Part shown: piece by piece, positions 50,101 through 62,500 of the stretch | Layout of the letters: each line of letters begins with the position of its first letter | How positions within the stretch are numbered: position 1 is the first letter of the stretch | Assembly (NCBI GenBank): GCA_047495785.1 | Contig: JBLDXI010000026.1 | Location: 186,001 to 250,000, forward strand | Direction: 5' to 3' | DNA length: 64,000 nucleotides | From: Lepidodermella squamata | Taxonomy: Eukaryota; Animalia; Gastrotricha | Program-made: the position numbers and the translations under genes | The notes under the pieces: model-generated | The model's database searches: none | Seen by the model: the letters and a program-made list of their open reading frames with translations, nothing else | Told to the model about the DNA's origin: nothing

Positions 50101-51116
50101 TTTCCACCAAGCCCGGCGGGTTGTTGTCGGTTCGGCTTTGCAGACAGATATCGCATTATCTTGTGTTATGGTTTACGATACCGCTCTTCAGACGAACGAG
50201 GTACGCCAGGCTTATGAGGCTTGCAGAGCTGCTCATGGCACTGCGCCTTGTGGAGCTCCTCATATTCCTTTCCCGCCGATTCCTCAAGCAACTGGCACTG
50301 TGCCGAAAAACGGCCAGTTCCCATGGGTAGTGACGATTAGCAACTATAAGGGTTTCAAATGCGGTGGTGTAATCATCGACCCTTTCTTCATTCTGACTTC
50401 CGGCAACTGTGTTAATGGTGAAAGCACTTCAGGACTGACAATCCGAGTTGGAGACTTCAACACTGCTGTGACAGAAACAAACGAACGAACTCACTCCGCT
50501 TTGGAGTTGGTTACGCATCCGAAGTACAACAGCACGTTAGTTGCTGACATCGCCCTCATCAAGCTTAGCAGTGCGATAAACCTTGAGAATGCCTACGTAA
50601 ATACAGCTTGTCTACCAGATTTTAGCTTGACCGAAGGAAACTTTGCGCAAAACGAGACATATTTCTTTTACGGCTGGGGCGCTAATGGCCGTGTGTCGCT
50701 AGTGGACGTGAAAACGCCGAGATACGCCGCGGGTAGATTGTTCCAGAACGCAAATTGCAAGAATGCTTCCGAAGTGTCTAACAGCGAGATTTTCAACGCT
50801 TGCTTCCAAAGCAGTTTGGAGAAAATGAGGGACGTTCCGTGCGCCGGTGACGAGGGAAGTCCTGTTATGTTCCCATCTTCCGACATACTCGGCAACGACC
50901 TCTTGCAAACTGTGAGCTTGAATTACTTTGAAAGCCGTTAATTGTAAATCCTGTTTTCTATAGGTTGCGATCTTTTCTAGACGTAAAGCCAAGTGTCAAG
51001 CTGAAGATCCGGCTGTTCTCACTATGATTAGTCCTTACGTGAACTGGATTCGTCAAACGATCGGATGTTACATACCTGGGCTGAACAGTCCAGTAGTATG
51101 CCCACAGCCGCATTGA
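47130..51116 (+). CDS. Secreted protein A: signal peptide, 5 CUB-like repeats with Thr-rich linkers, LamG/ConA-like domain, catalytically inactive trypsin-like domain
   Basis: CUB motifs (YxPNEN..W, IYDG, CSSGRYLFLxFxSD...GF). 'LLGFWPLD...MTVSMFVK...WSFFAVV' LamG-like. Trypsin fold 'GQFPW..CGG..LTSGNC..DIALIKL..CAGDEGSP'. Last exon 50964-51116. Confidence 0.85.
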
Positions 51117-52029
51117 TCTTATAAACAATCATGATGGATTCTGCATTGAAGAGTGTTTATAATGCGCCCCGTTAAGTCTGCGACCTTTAGTTAATCGAAC
51201 GCTTGCCGTAGGAATAGACTTATAGCAGATATTTTAAAGCTACCAATGTGCGCAGTTTGCTGCTTCATAGTTCAATACATTATTATTCATCGAAGACCTT
51301 GGAAATAATGTGCAGTAAAAAGTGTACTTACGGGATTCAACGGAATTCAATCTGGATCCCTTGAGCAAAACTTCATGGGGATAAACTATGCACTATTGGC
51401 CTTCCAGCGGTATAAGATATGGCAGAATCGGAGCCTAAATGACTGCGCTGTGAATAAATAAACTCGGCTAAATATTTATGCCCCAAACAAAATTTTCAAC
51501 GAATTCGTTTAATAAGGAAATTTTTGTTATGACTTTTCAAATCATGTTATCCACTCTTGCTATAGCAAACTTCTGTCTTTAACAGCGCAACATAACACAA
51601 CGTGGCACAATCGTTTAGACAGGTAAGCAAGGAAAGTAAGCCAGCTAACCTGCCAGGGACCCAGAATTTTAGTAAAAAAAAGAGGGCTAAAAAATTAGTG
51701 CTTGAAAGGTGCCTTTCCTTTTCACATGATTTTTCGCCTCCGATTAGCCCAGCATAGAATAACTAGTTAGAGAATAACTCTAAGCCAATAAGGATAAAAT
51801 TCGAGCAAAGCCAACAATGGTTTGCGATCAGCGACAACGCAAAAATGACGCCCAAACAAAGGCCGAAAATAATCGCCGAAACTTGTTTTTGATTCCTTCG
51901 ACAGAGTGTTCGAGGCAACCGAGGTATTCGCAATCGGTCGTCCGGAACCGTCAGCAAGGAAACAACTGCTGAAGTATTGACTGAAGCACCAGTCGTCGTA
52001 CTTGAATCGAAGTGAACTAGACTTCATCC

Positions 52030-52299
52030 GATGCCAACAGTCGCATAACTTCGTCGAACGGAATTGGTTTCGTTTGGGAATGATGAGTTTTCATTTGTGA
52101 GGCGAGTGCGTCCAGCTTGGAACAGGCTACCATCTTCCGTCGTTAATAATTCGTATTCTTCATTCTTGAAATATGTTAAATGTATTACTGACTTGGAAAA
52201 ATTCACAATTTCTGTGGTGAGGCGCCATAACTTAACGTATTGTTAATTCCTAATTGCTAAATGTTGAAAGACAAATTGCAAAATAAAACAGTATCAGTA
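52030..52299 (+). mobile_element. CR1/L2-type LINE 3' fragment
   Basis: 'FSFVRRVRPAWNRLPSSVVNNSYSSF' matches the CR1/L2 C-terminal motif FFxxRVxxxWNxLP; it ends in an A-rich tail with short repeats. Confidence 0.6.
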
Positions 52300-53502
52300 T
52301 GAATGCCGCACGGTGGTCAACTCTACTGAAAGTTATAAATTTTATGGAAAATGGTCTTCAACTGAGGGGATGGGTGGTGAAGTGGTGATCATTCTTCGCT
52401 TGCTTTCGCCCTGTTTAAAACCGGAAACGGTAAAGGCGTATAGTCGTGCAGAGGTTAAGTTTCCTATTATTATTGTTATTGTTATTATTTACCCCGGAGA
52501 CCCAGTTCAGATAGCTGTTCCAACTCGCCGCGCGGTAGTTTAACAGGTGATCAGCCGTGTCTCTACCTTTGACAGCCAAATTATCGAGATAACAAGCTAC
52601 ATCCATCCGGTGTATCGGCTGTAATCATTTCCGTGATTTGCTGAAATTAACCCGGCGCTGACAGAAGTGGTGGGTACTTACCGCCAAACTTTGCTGAGAA
52701 ATCGGACCGAGCTTGATCTGATTATCCGCCAAATCGATTTGACTGCACATGTATCATCGCATTTTGTCGGGGTAAAAAAAATGACTGATGATATTCAAAA
52801 AAGAGGAAATAACGGTCGTCTTATCAGTTTCGGCATTAGCTCGAGTATACGTACTTCAAAACGCTCCTTGTAGTCGTCCCAAAGCTCAGCCCAGCTCAGC
52901 CAGTGGATTGAATGCGGCGAAGTAGCGGGACATCTTTGGTTCATTTTCGGCGATTAACTTCTGCATGATTTCGCCTTGTTCTCGATCACTGCTTAATTGC
53001 TAGCGTCTAGAGCCACAAGTTTTTCAAGAAAACTGGGTCAGTTTGTGTCGAGTAAGTTGGTGGGAGTGGGTGGGGTCCGTCATTTGAACTTGGTCAAGAT
53101 AACTACGTCGTAGTAATGCATTGGAGGCGGACCACTGACCTTCAAATGAGAAAGCACAGCTGGCGCCTAACCAGATTAAGCTACGTTCTCCCCCGCGCGC
53201 TTCATTCATATAGTGAAATGAACCTACGCCCAGCCCACTTGGGGACTCCGGGGACTCTGGACAACCCTACGCAGAAACAAACAAACATACCGGGACCGTA
53301 CCACCGCAATCGTCCCGGGCGTCCCTGGAGCTACTTCCATACTGTATTGGTAATATATCTCAGGGAAAATTCCCCTGGAAAAACAGAGTGTACCGGTGCC
53401 TTCTCACGCCAGCGCCGTTATCGGGTTATTCTCTGAGGACTATATAAATGGCCACCTTCCGTATCCATAATTATAATTGCGAATCTATAATATCCTAGTC
53501 AC

Positions 53503-55390
53503 ATGATTGTGATTAATTTCTTACTGACTGCTATGCTTTTTAGCATGGCTGTTCAGTACTCAGCGGCTGTCACTTACGAGTTGAAATCGAATGTCGAAAT
53601 CGCCAAAACAGTGAAGGCTCCCATTAAAGATTCGGTTTATGGCCCATCTCATAGCTTGGATTGGCGAATTGAGGCTGATGTTTCAAAAAATAATTACGCC
53701 TGGTAAGAGGCTTTTCTCTACGGTGTAGAATGACTTTGCAAAAATCATTTCGAATGTAGCATAACCGTGAGCAGTTTGTATCTGGAAGGCAGTGATTCAT
53801 TGTCCATTTTCGATGGATATGACTCAGGCTATCCCTTGCTCCGGCGTTGGGCATTGTCGACTGACAATACGACAAATGAACTTACGTGTGGCAGTGGACG
53901 ATATTTGTACATTTGGATGTCATTTGCCAGCACTAGATACATAGCGGCCAATGACGCAGTTACCTTTATTCACCAAGCGGTTACCGTCAACGAGTACCAA
54001 AATGATACTGTGTTTCGATACCCGGAATCAGGCTTACTCGCGCCACAAAGCGATGTCAGGTGACCACTCGGGCTTCACTTGAAATCTATTTTCTTATTTT
54101 TTTATTTAAGGTGGCTGTTCAGACCTCAAGGCCTTGGGAATGACGAGAAAAAATGGTTAGTTCTACATTTTAATTTCCATCGATGGGTGTTTGATGAGAG
54201 ATTTACTTACAGCCTGTATTTTGGTCACATAAAACTCGCCTCGCCTATGAGTTCAATTTCTCTTTACGATGGCAGCGACATTACACGCAAGCAAATAACG
54301 CAAGGCTTGTGGAATGAGCCATTTGGAACGCAAGAATACTGTTCTACAAGCCGTTACATGACCATGCGATTGCAGACGCGTGAAGCAACGGAATCCTCAG
54401 AATCGCTCTTCTTTACTGCATCATCTTACTCAAGAACACCCGGAATGGAGCCGCCAACTACGACAGCAGCCATGACGACAGCTAAATCCAGCTCAAATTC
54501 GCCTTTGATGGTTATAGAAATGCTATTTCCGGATGATAGATTGAAATATCCTAAACGCGACGGCTATTACGCTCCTAATGAAAACAAAGGCTGGCGCTTC
54601 GACGCCGAAAGATTCAAGGCGTACTCAATTTGGTATGACTATTTCTTACAATGAAACTATAGATTTAAGCCTTAAATTTACGAATTAAGCATCGACTTCG
54701 ATTGGATTTACCTAGCTGCGGGCGACTTCCTTACACTGTACGACTCGTACTCCATCGACCCTACTCGTGTAATCGCTAGCTACAAAGCGAGTAGTTACTG
54801 GACTCAGTACGGTTTCTGTTCCTCGGGCCGATACCTTTTCCTCCACTTCACATCAGACGAGAGATTCGAAAATTATGGCTTCAAAGCTCAATATTACACT
54901 CGTGGCGTGGGGGAACTCACAACGGTGCCACCAACCACTCCGACCCCTTCAACTGCACAGCCGATCACAGCAGCTCAATCTATGCTAATTACCGAAGTCC
55001 CATTTCCGAATGATAGGTTGCTTTATCCCATCTACAGCACCTATTACGCCCCTAACGAAAACGTAGCCTGGCGCTTCGATGCCTATAAATTTAACGCGCT
55101 TTCAACCTGGTATACGAATATATTCCCATAGAATTTTTGTATTTGATTTTAACGAATTTAGCATTGACTTCGAGTGGGTACTCCTAGCCGCGGGTGATTT
55201 CCTTACACTGTACGATTCGTACTCCATCGACCCTTCTCGCGCGCTCGTTACTTACAACTCCTCGAGTTCTATTTGGATTGAAGGCTACCAGTTCTGTTCC
55301 TCAGGCCGTTACATGTTCCTCCACTTCACATCAGACGAGAGATTCGAATATTTTGGCTTCAATTCTAAGCATTACACCCGCGAATATTGA
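53503..55390 (+). CDS. Secreted CUB-only protein B (4 CUB-like repeats), a truncated paralogue of gene A
   Basis: Exon-for-exon homologous to 47130-48510 with the same intron positions; stop codon at 55388-55390. Confidence 0.75.
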
Positions 55391-56799
55391 ATATCATGAT
55401 CATCAATAGTCGAGCTGGATCCTCCATGTTGAAGAGAACTTAGTTTAGAATGAACCCTGTTAAGGTTGTGGCTTACATTTAATCGAACAGCTTGCGGTGG
55501 GAATAAAATTATTGCCGCTGATATGCTATGAGTGTGTGATCAGAGGGGCTTAATTTTCTTAAAGCTGGCAATTTTGGCACAGTACTCGAGTTATGCTTCA
55601 CAGTGGTTCATCGGATCGTGTAGGAAATATAATATGTAAAGGGGCAAAAACTGACCCATCCCATGCGCCGGGCCTGGGGAGAGCAAGTGAAGCCATATAT
55701 ACAAGTGTTTATTAATGCTTTTATTTTTTTTTATATTAATGAATGGGAGTAAACAAAAGTTAGCGTATACAAGCGTATAGCGTATACAAAAAAGTTGGCA
55801 GAAGAAAAAGGAAGAATTGGTTAACAATGTTTACAAAGAAATTTGATGCTTTGCGTGCGAATTAGCATGTGTTTGTTGACTTGAAAGTAATTTAGGTTAA
55901 AGATTTTTCTCGCAATTCGTGGAATTTTGTAACGAAGCTACATCCGTTCGAAAGAGGAATCTCGCCTGTTTTTCAGTGCTATAACCCCACTGCCGTGCGA
56001 TCACTTAACCTAAATTTCTTGGACAAACTCGATGATCATATTAAGGTGATTTTGTGTTAACGATGCAGGCAACGGTCTCAAGTTACGACTCGTAATCTAC
56101 TACTTCAACTCGTAAGACTCTATTTTATACACCGTGGATTAAATGAGTTGAGGATTTCCCTGTATCTTGGAGACCAATTTCCATCAAGTTACGTTCAATA
56201 ATAAAATATTCGCGGAAAATAGCGATACATTATGAAAATAATTGATCATAGGTGGATAGCAAATCCTAATAACTTTCGCCAACTATTCAAACGTTTACCG
56301 CATTCAGTTGTTCTCTTGGATCTCATTACTAGTAAAGCCTGTGATCTTCGAAGAGATTTGTAGCGATTGTGATGCTGAAGTTCATGTCTTGCTCGTTGAT
56401 ATTGCCCGCTAAAATTTCGAAGTTGTAAAATTAAATGGCAGATGAGGATTTTTGCATGCATTCAATTTTACTCCGTTTCGACATTTCTTATCGAAAAACT
56501 CTAAAGAATCGAGCATTAGCGCAACGTGGTTCCAGCACAGCTGTTTTCTTTTCTAGTTGTAGTCACGTTGGCGCCAATTTCAAACATGACATTTTCACTC
56601 GTAGCACTGGTTACGTGAACTAAATAAGTAACTAAAGCTCTGATAATATTTTTTAGTGATTATTACCTTATACTCGGCATTTTTATCTACAACTGAGTTG
56701 CCTTTTATCAAACCAGCTGCTAATTAACGCAGCCAATTCTAACCTCGAGTTGATGTTCGCAATACGTTACTATATAATAAAGGAATAATCGATTAATTA

Positions 56800-59049
56800 A
56801 TGAATAAGCGTCGAAGAGCTAATGTGAGCACTTTGGCCTGGATTCTACAGTTAATTAGCCTGCGTCTGATATCATGTAGGTTAAAAAAGAAATTTAGTTA
56901 CCTTCTCGATTGTTCGACCCCATATTTTAGGTTCGCCTCTGTCTAGCGACCATAAATTGTGGCTGGACGAAGAGTGCCACCATAATACGACGTTTGACGT
57001 GACTGGAAGCCATGGAGCTATTCACTGCATGGATCTCACAGATGCTCAGAGCTGGCGGCTGAATGTTGCAGGCAACAAAACTATTCGGTAGCAACCTTCC
57101 CTCGAATTTCATCGATTTATAAATCAATATCGTTATAGATTCACTCTAGTCGAATTCTTCGCAGTACCCTGCGGCTCTTGTTCAGCAAAAAACACCGCTT
57201 GCGATTTGATTTCAATTTACGACGGCGCAAGTGTCAACCCGAAAGACCCGGCCTCTTTTCAGTCGCCTCTGCTACGAACATGCACCGCCCCGTCCAAGGA
57301 TGGCATTGGCGTAACTACGCTGTCAAACATGGCTTTCATCCGGTACCAACCTGGAACCGGCTCATTTCCAGAGTCTACGAACCATACTCGCAGTTTCTAC
57401 CTCAAATTTGAAGGTTAATTCTTCGATTTTATTAATTATTAAATATATATCTCTTATTTTATAGACATTGAGACTTCTGACGAATCTTCCAATGTCGTCA
57501 GCCAACGCCGTAGTAGTGATGCGAAAAGTATCGCTATAGCTGTTGCGATCGGAACCGGCGTTTTAGTTGTCCTAGGCCTCGCCCTCGGATTTTATTGCCA
57601 TTATTGCCGGAATAATCGGTTCAAAAACCGGCGGAAAAAGCCTCGAACGGTCGCAAGTACGGGCGATGAGCTCGAAGGCCTCAACACCGCCATCCCGCCG
57701 GCTTCAGCGCAAAAAGAGCAGATGATCATCCCAGCGCCTCGGAGGGCGTCACGGTCACACTCGACTGAAAACGGCCAATCAGTTCGTAAATTTTCGCTGA
57801 AATCGCAATCTGAAATCGCGTCGACAACTCGGAAATTATCGACACGCTCCAATGATCACCACGAAAATCACCAGCGACAACAGGATGAAGTGCTGTCCGC
57901 ATTAGCTCAGGATTCGTTTGACGGCATGGCGCCTAAGATCAGTGTGGCAAGTTCAACCGGCACGGCCGAGAATAGCATAATTATTAACGACGTTGTTTTC
58001 GATTTGCCGTTCAATCATGCGGAAATTCTACCTCAACAATTGCGTTACTCGAGCGAGCCGATCGGGATTGGGTCATTTGGAGTCGTGTACCAGGCGATCT
58101 ACATTCCGGCAAGGTCAGAAACGCCAGATGATGACCGGCCACCTCAGCGTAGAAAGGTTTTCATCCTTCTTTTAAAAAAAATCAAAAATATTTTTTCCTG
58201 GGCTTATTTAGGTTGCAGTTAAGAAAATGCGAATGTTGAACGAGGGTTATCGGCAGGCTTTAGAGGCCGAGCTGAAACTGCTGACCTATATTGGCCCTCA
58301 CACTTATATCGTCGATTTAGTCGGTGCCATAACTCAACCGGATGAAGAATTCAGCATTGTTGTCGATTATTGCGAACTCGGCTCGCTTCAACAATTTCTA
58401 GCCAATTTCGAACAAGTTGACCCATCGAACAGCATTTCAGCCCGACGGCCGCCTACAATAAATTCCGGCGATTTGCTGCTTTTTGCCGAGCAAATCGCTA
58501 ATGGGATGAGCTATGTCCACTTTCGAAAATGTGTTCATCGCGATTTAGCGGCCAGAAATATTCTGATAAATGCAAATTACGTGCCAAAAATTACCGATTT
58601 CGGCGTGGCTCGAACGCTGAACTCCCAGGCATTTTTCAACGTAAGGAAAATTCAATTTAAAAAATCGAAACAAATCCACCTTAAAATGTATTATTATTGA
58701 ATATTTTTTCTTAATTTAGACAAAAAATGAAGGCGATTTTCCGTGGAAATGGTGCGCCCTCGAGGTGTTGGAGGGTGAATTTTTCGAGCCGAAATCCGAC
58801 ATCTGGTCATTTGGCGTCCTACTCTGGGAAATGTTCGCGCTAAGCCGGAAGCCTTATTCCGACGTGACTCGCTGCACGAATGAGTTTATCGAAAGCTTGA
58901 AGAATGACATGCGCCTGCCGAAGCCGAGCAGTTCGACGCCGAAAACCGTCTACACATTGATGTATCAATGCTGGCGACGAATCCCAGACGATCGTCCGAT
59001 TTTCCCAGAATTGGAGCGAGCTTTGTTGAGTCTTCGCACTTCTTACTGA
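56800..59049 (+). CDS. Receptor tyrosine kinase with a single extracellular CUB-like domain
   Basis: Spliced model: signal-like exon 56800-56875; CUB-like exons 56931-57087 and 57139-57413 ('DLISIYDG'); TM 'IAIAVAIGTGVLVVLGLALGFY' followed by a basic stretch. Kinase motifs GIGSFG, VAVK, HRDLAARN, DFG, PWKW and SDIWSFG. Confidence 0.85.
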
Positions 59050-59556
59050 TTTAATATCAGCTGTTTACCTCTTTCTTCGTTTTTTCGTGTTATTTCTCGG
59101 CGATTTCAGACAAAAAAATTAATTTGTTTTTTATGACCTGATAAGAAGCTGTCGAGGAAAATAAAAAAAATAGGTTTAATCTGTATATTATTTTCTAATT
59201 TGACTTCTGTCGCGCCGGAAACCACGTGAATATCGAACCATGTCGGTGATGTTTCCAGAATAATATTTCGCATAACTCGAGTTCACACATAAAAGCGGTG
59301 TGTTTGATTTGCGATAACGCGCCGTAATTATGGGCATTAAATCGGGTGCATTTACCGCCTTAATTACGCCGTTATCTCCACACGTTTTTATTAGCCTAGC
59401 TGGCAATAAATAAGGGCGTGGATGGCAAATGGGCTGATAAAAAGCAATATGCTACTCTCAAGGCGACATCTTGAAATTGAAACATATGCTGTTTTTCTTC
59501 CCCCCATATATATATATCCGATTTAAAATTCCGCTAAATTTTTAGGGGTATATATT

Positions 59557-62500
59557 ATGAATTACCTATCGCTGCTGAAAGCTTTCGGCCTCTTGGCAGG
59601 TAAGGATCCTAATGAAAAATTGATGTCTCTTGAACTGTGCAATTTCAGCTATTGGCTGCGCTAATGGCTGTTTCATCGTTAAGATGGACGATGATGGCCG
59701 GGGTGGAACCATCCAACCTGTCCTAGATTCTGATGGCAACTACCTACCCAACCAGAATTGCTACTACACCATCTCGTTGCCTCTGGGAAGCCCATCTGAA
59801 CCTCTTGGCTTGAAGTATGACTCAAAACCGAAGTCAAACCTAAATTAATTACTTAATTAAACAGCTTGTGGTTCACATACATGGATCTTGAGATTGACGA
59901 CTCGTGGAGGCCGTGCAAAGCGTGAGTATATAATATCAGGAATTTTTATTAGTAATTATCATCAAATTTCAGTGAGAGCTATTCATGCGATGACGAGTGC
60001 AAGAAGACCGATCACGTCGTCATCACTGATATTGCCCTCAAGAAGGAGGTCACCCGCCGTTGCGGACGAAATATCCCGAACTACACCTACAAAACCGTGT
60101 CTTCTGCCGAAATTCTGTTCAAGACTGATCGCGTTTTCCAACGCACTGGTTTCACCCTCAACTTCCGAAGTGAGTTCCGCATCTTCATAATTCGACCTTG
60201 AAACTTGTTTTTTTCAGTTGATCCTGAGAGCGAACCCTGCCAACGCGTTACCATTGTCAGCTCTAAGGACGGTAAGGGTACCATCAGCTCGGCTACCAAA
60301 TGGAACGGCAACTACCGCCCGAACGAAAACTGCCGCTGGAAGGTGTCTGTTCCAAGCAGCTTCGAAAAAATCAAGATCACATTCACCAAGATGGAAGTCG
60401 ACGGTTCATGCTCTGCCGATTCGCCGACCTGCAACTGCCCGAAGGATTCCGTCACGATTTTCGGCGGTGATACCGAAGAAGGTATCAAATTTTAGCGAAA
60501 AAAAGATGATTTCCCCACGATTTTGTCTGTTTTCAGGCCCCCTTGTCACCACTCGTTGCGGATTCTCGATTCCGAACATGCGTTTCTTCACTGAATCCGG
60601 GCAAACTAACATGTTTGTCCAGTTCAAAACCGACGCCACGATCGAATACGGCGGTTTCACCCTGCAGTACGAGGGTTGCAACGAGCCTTGCGAAATCACC
60701 ACCCCAGCACCGATCCCGACTACGACCACGCCCGAAACTGTCCACCCCTACCCGCGTGATGACGCCCTCCTTGGTTTCTGGCCGATGGGTCAAAACAAGG
60801 GCCTTCGCGACGTCAGCGCCAACAAGCGCCACTGCGACCAGGCCTGCAAGGGCACGATCGATACCGCCGGAGTTTCCGGTCCATTCGGCGACCCGTCGAC
60901 CAGCCACCACGCCCCGGGCATGAACGAACCAGTCTTCTCCGTCTCGCACATTCTCGAGCCCCGCAGCTCCTACACCGTGTCGATGTGGGTCAACGTCCCG
61001 ACCAACGCTAAGGGCGGTCTTTTCTCGCTGATTTCCAACGACCAAGATCTTGCCGTAGACATTGAAACCGGCGCTGTTTCAGGCCGTCCGGTTTTGAAGG
61101 TTCGCGGCGGTGTTGACACGGCGAGTGACGTCTACGGGCCGTACGAAGCCATCCAGCCTAACACCTGGACGTACCTTGCGGTTCGCTTCGACGCTGTCTT
61201 GTGCACGCTGTCCATCTTTGGCCAGTTTGGTGAGCTCTACATGCCTAGCTACAAGTTGCGCTTGTGCAGCAACAAGAACGCCCTGTACTCACGAACTTTG
61301 TGGGTTGGAGCTACGAAGACCGGTGAGGAATCGTGGAGCTATTTGGACAGGTAACAGCTCATCTAATTATATATAAAAAAATATAAATATTTACAAAACG
61401 AAAATGGAATTCCCAGCTCTGAATTTAGGCGCTTTAGCCCTAAATTCTTTTGATTTTTCCGAATCCATTAAGGTACCCCTTTCGAAACCTGGATTTTATT
61501 AACACCTGGTAGCCTGAGACGCTATATGCTTATAACACAGCTGATATCGAAAAATCACTGATTTGTAAAATTGATAATTGAAATCGATATCGGCTCTACG
61601 GGCTGAGGTTTAGTTCGTCAAATGACCGCCGATTAGAGCAAAATACTCGCGATCTATTGGTTAGACTTGGCAATACAGCGTCTCATAAGCAGGGCGAAAA
61701 ATTCACGGAAAAAGGTTCAGAATTCCGAAATGAGCGGTTTTTGACTCGCCATAATATCTCATGTATCAATATTATGGCCAGAAAATTATTCCGAAAATTA
61801 CCGAACCAGTTACCATCGAAGTTTTCAATTTTTTCTTCGGTATCATTTAAATTTTTCGAAGAAACCTCGGATAAAAGATTGGAGATTCTCCCGAAATATT
61901 TTATTTGAAAAAAATTGTCGAATTTCTCAAAAAGTTTTAAAAATTAAAAAAACTGTGAGGAAATTACGGGACACGCAGTAAATAAATGGAAAAAATTGTA
62001 ATGAGGTCATGAAATTTGGATTACCTCAATTGATTCTGGAAAATCTAGTGTGAGCGCCTCAAATTTGGTTTTTTGTGAAATTTCAAGCGCCAAAATCTCA
62101 AAACCTTCAATTTCCGAGTTATTTAGAGGAATACAGATGTAATAATGAAACAAGATTCGAAGTAAATAATCATCGGAAAGACCGTTCCATACATAACCGG
62201 GTGTTTCTCGGGTTTTTTCGGTAAAATTTAGCTTTGCATGATAAAAGACAGACAAAAACCGACTGATGAGAAAAACCTCAATGGCTTGTTTTCATTTTTT
62301 CTGCCTAGTTCCGTCTCGGTTTCTTGCGTTATGTTGTACTCCGATGCGCTCCCAATTGAGACAATCCTACAAAACGCCGATACCTGCCGTATCCCGCACG
62401 GTTCTGCGGCCTGCGGCGCCCCGAAGATCCCGCTGCCGTCCATTCCGCAGACCTCCACCACCGTGCCAATGTACGGCCAGTTCCCATGGATGGCGTCGAT

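Noticed and set aside
41497-59556. Splice acceptors just upstream of several ATGs as evidence of SL trans-splicing
   Set aside because: Plausible cis donors lie ~40-55 nt upstream in at least two cases (amt, ankyrin gene 1), so ordinary 5' UTR introns explain them.
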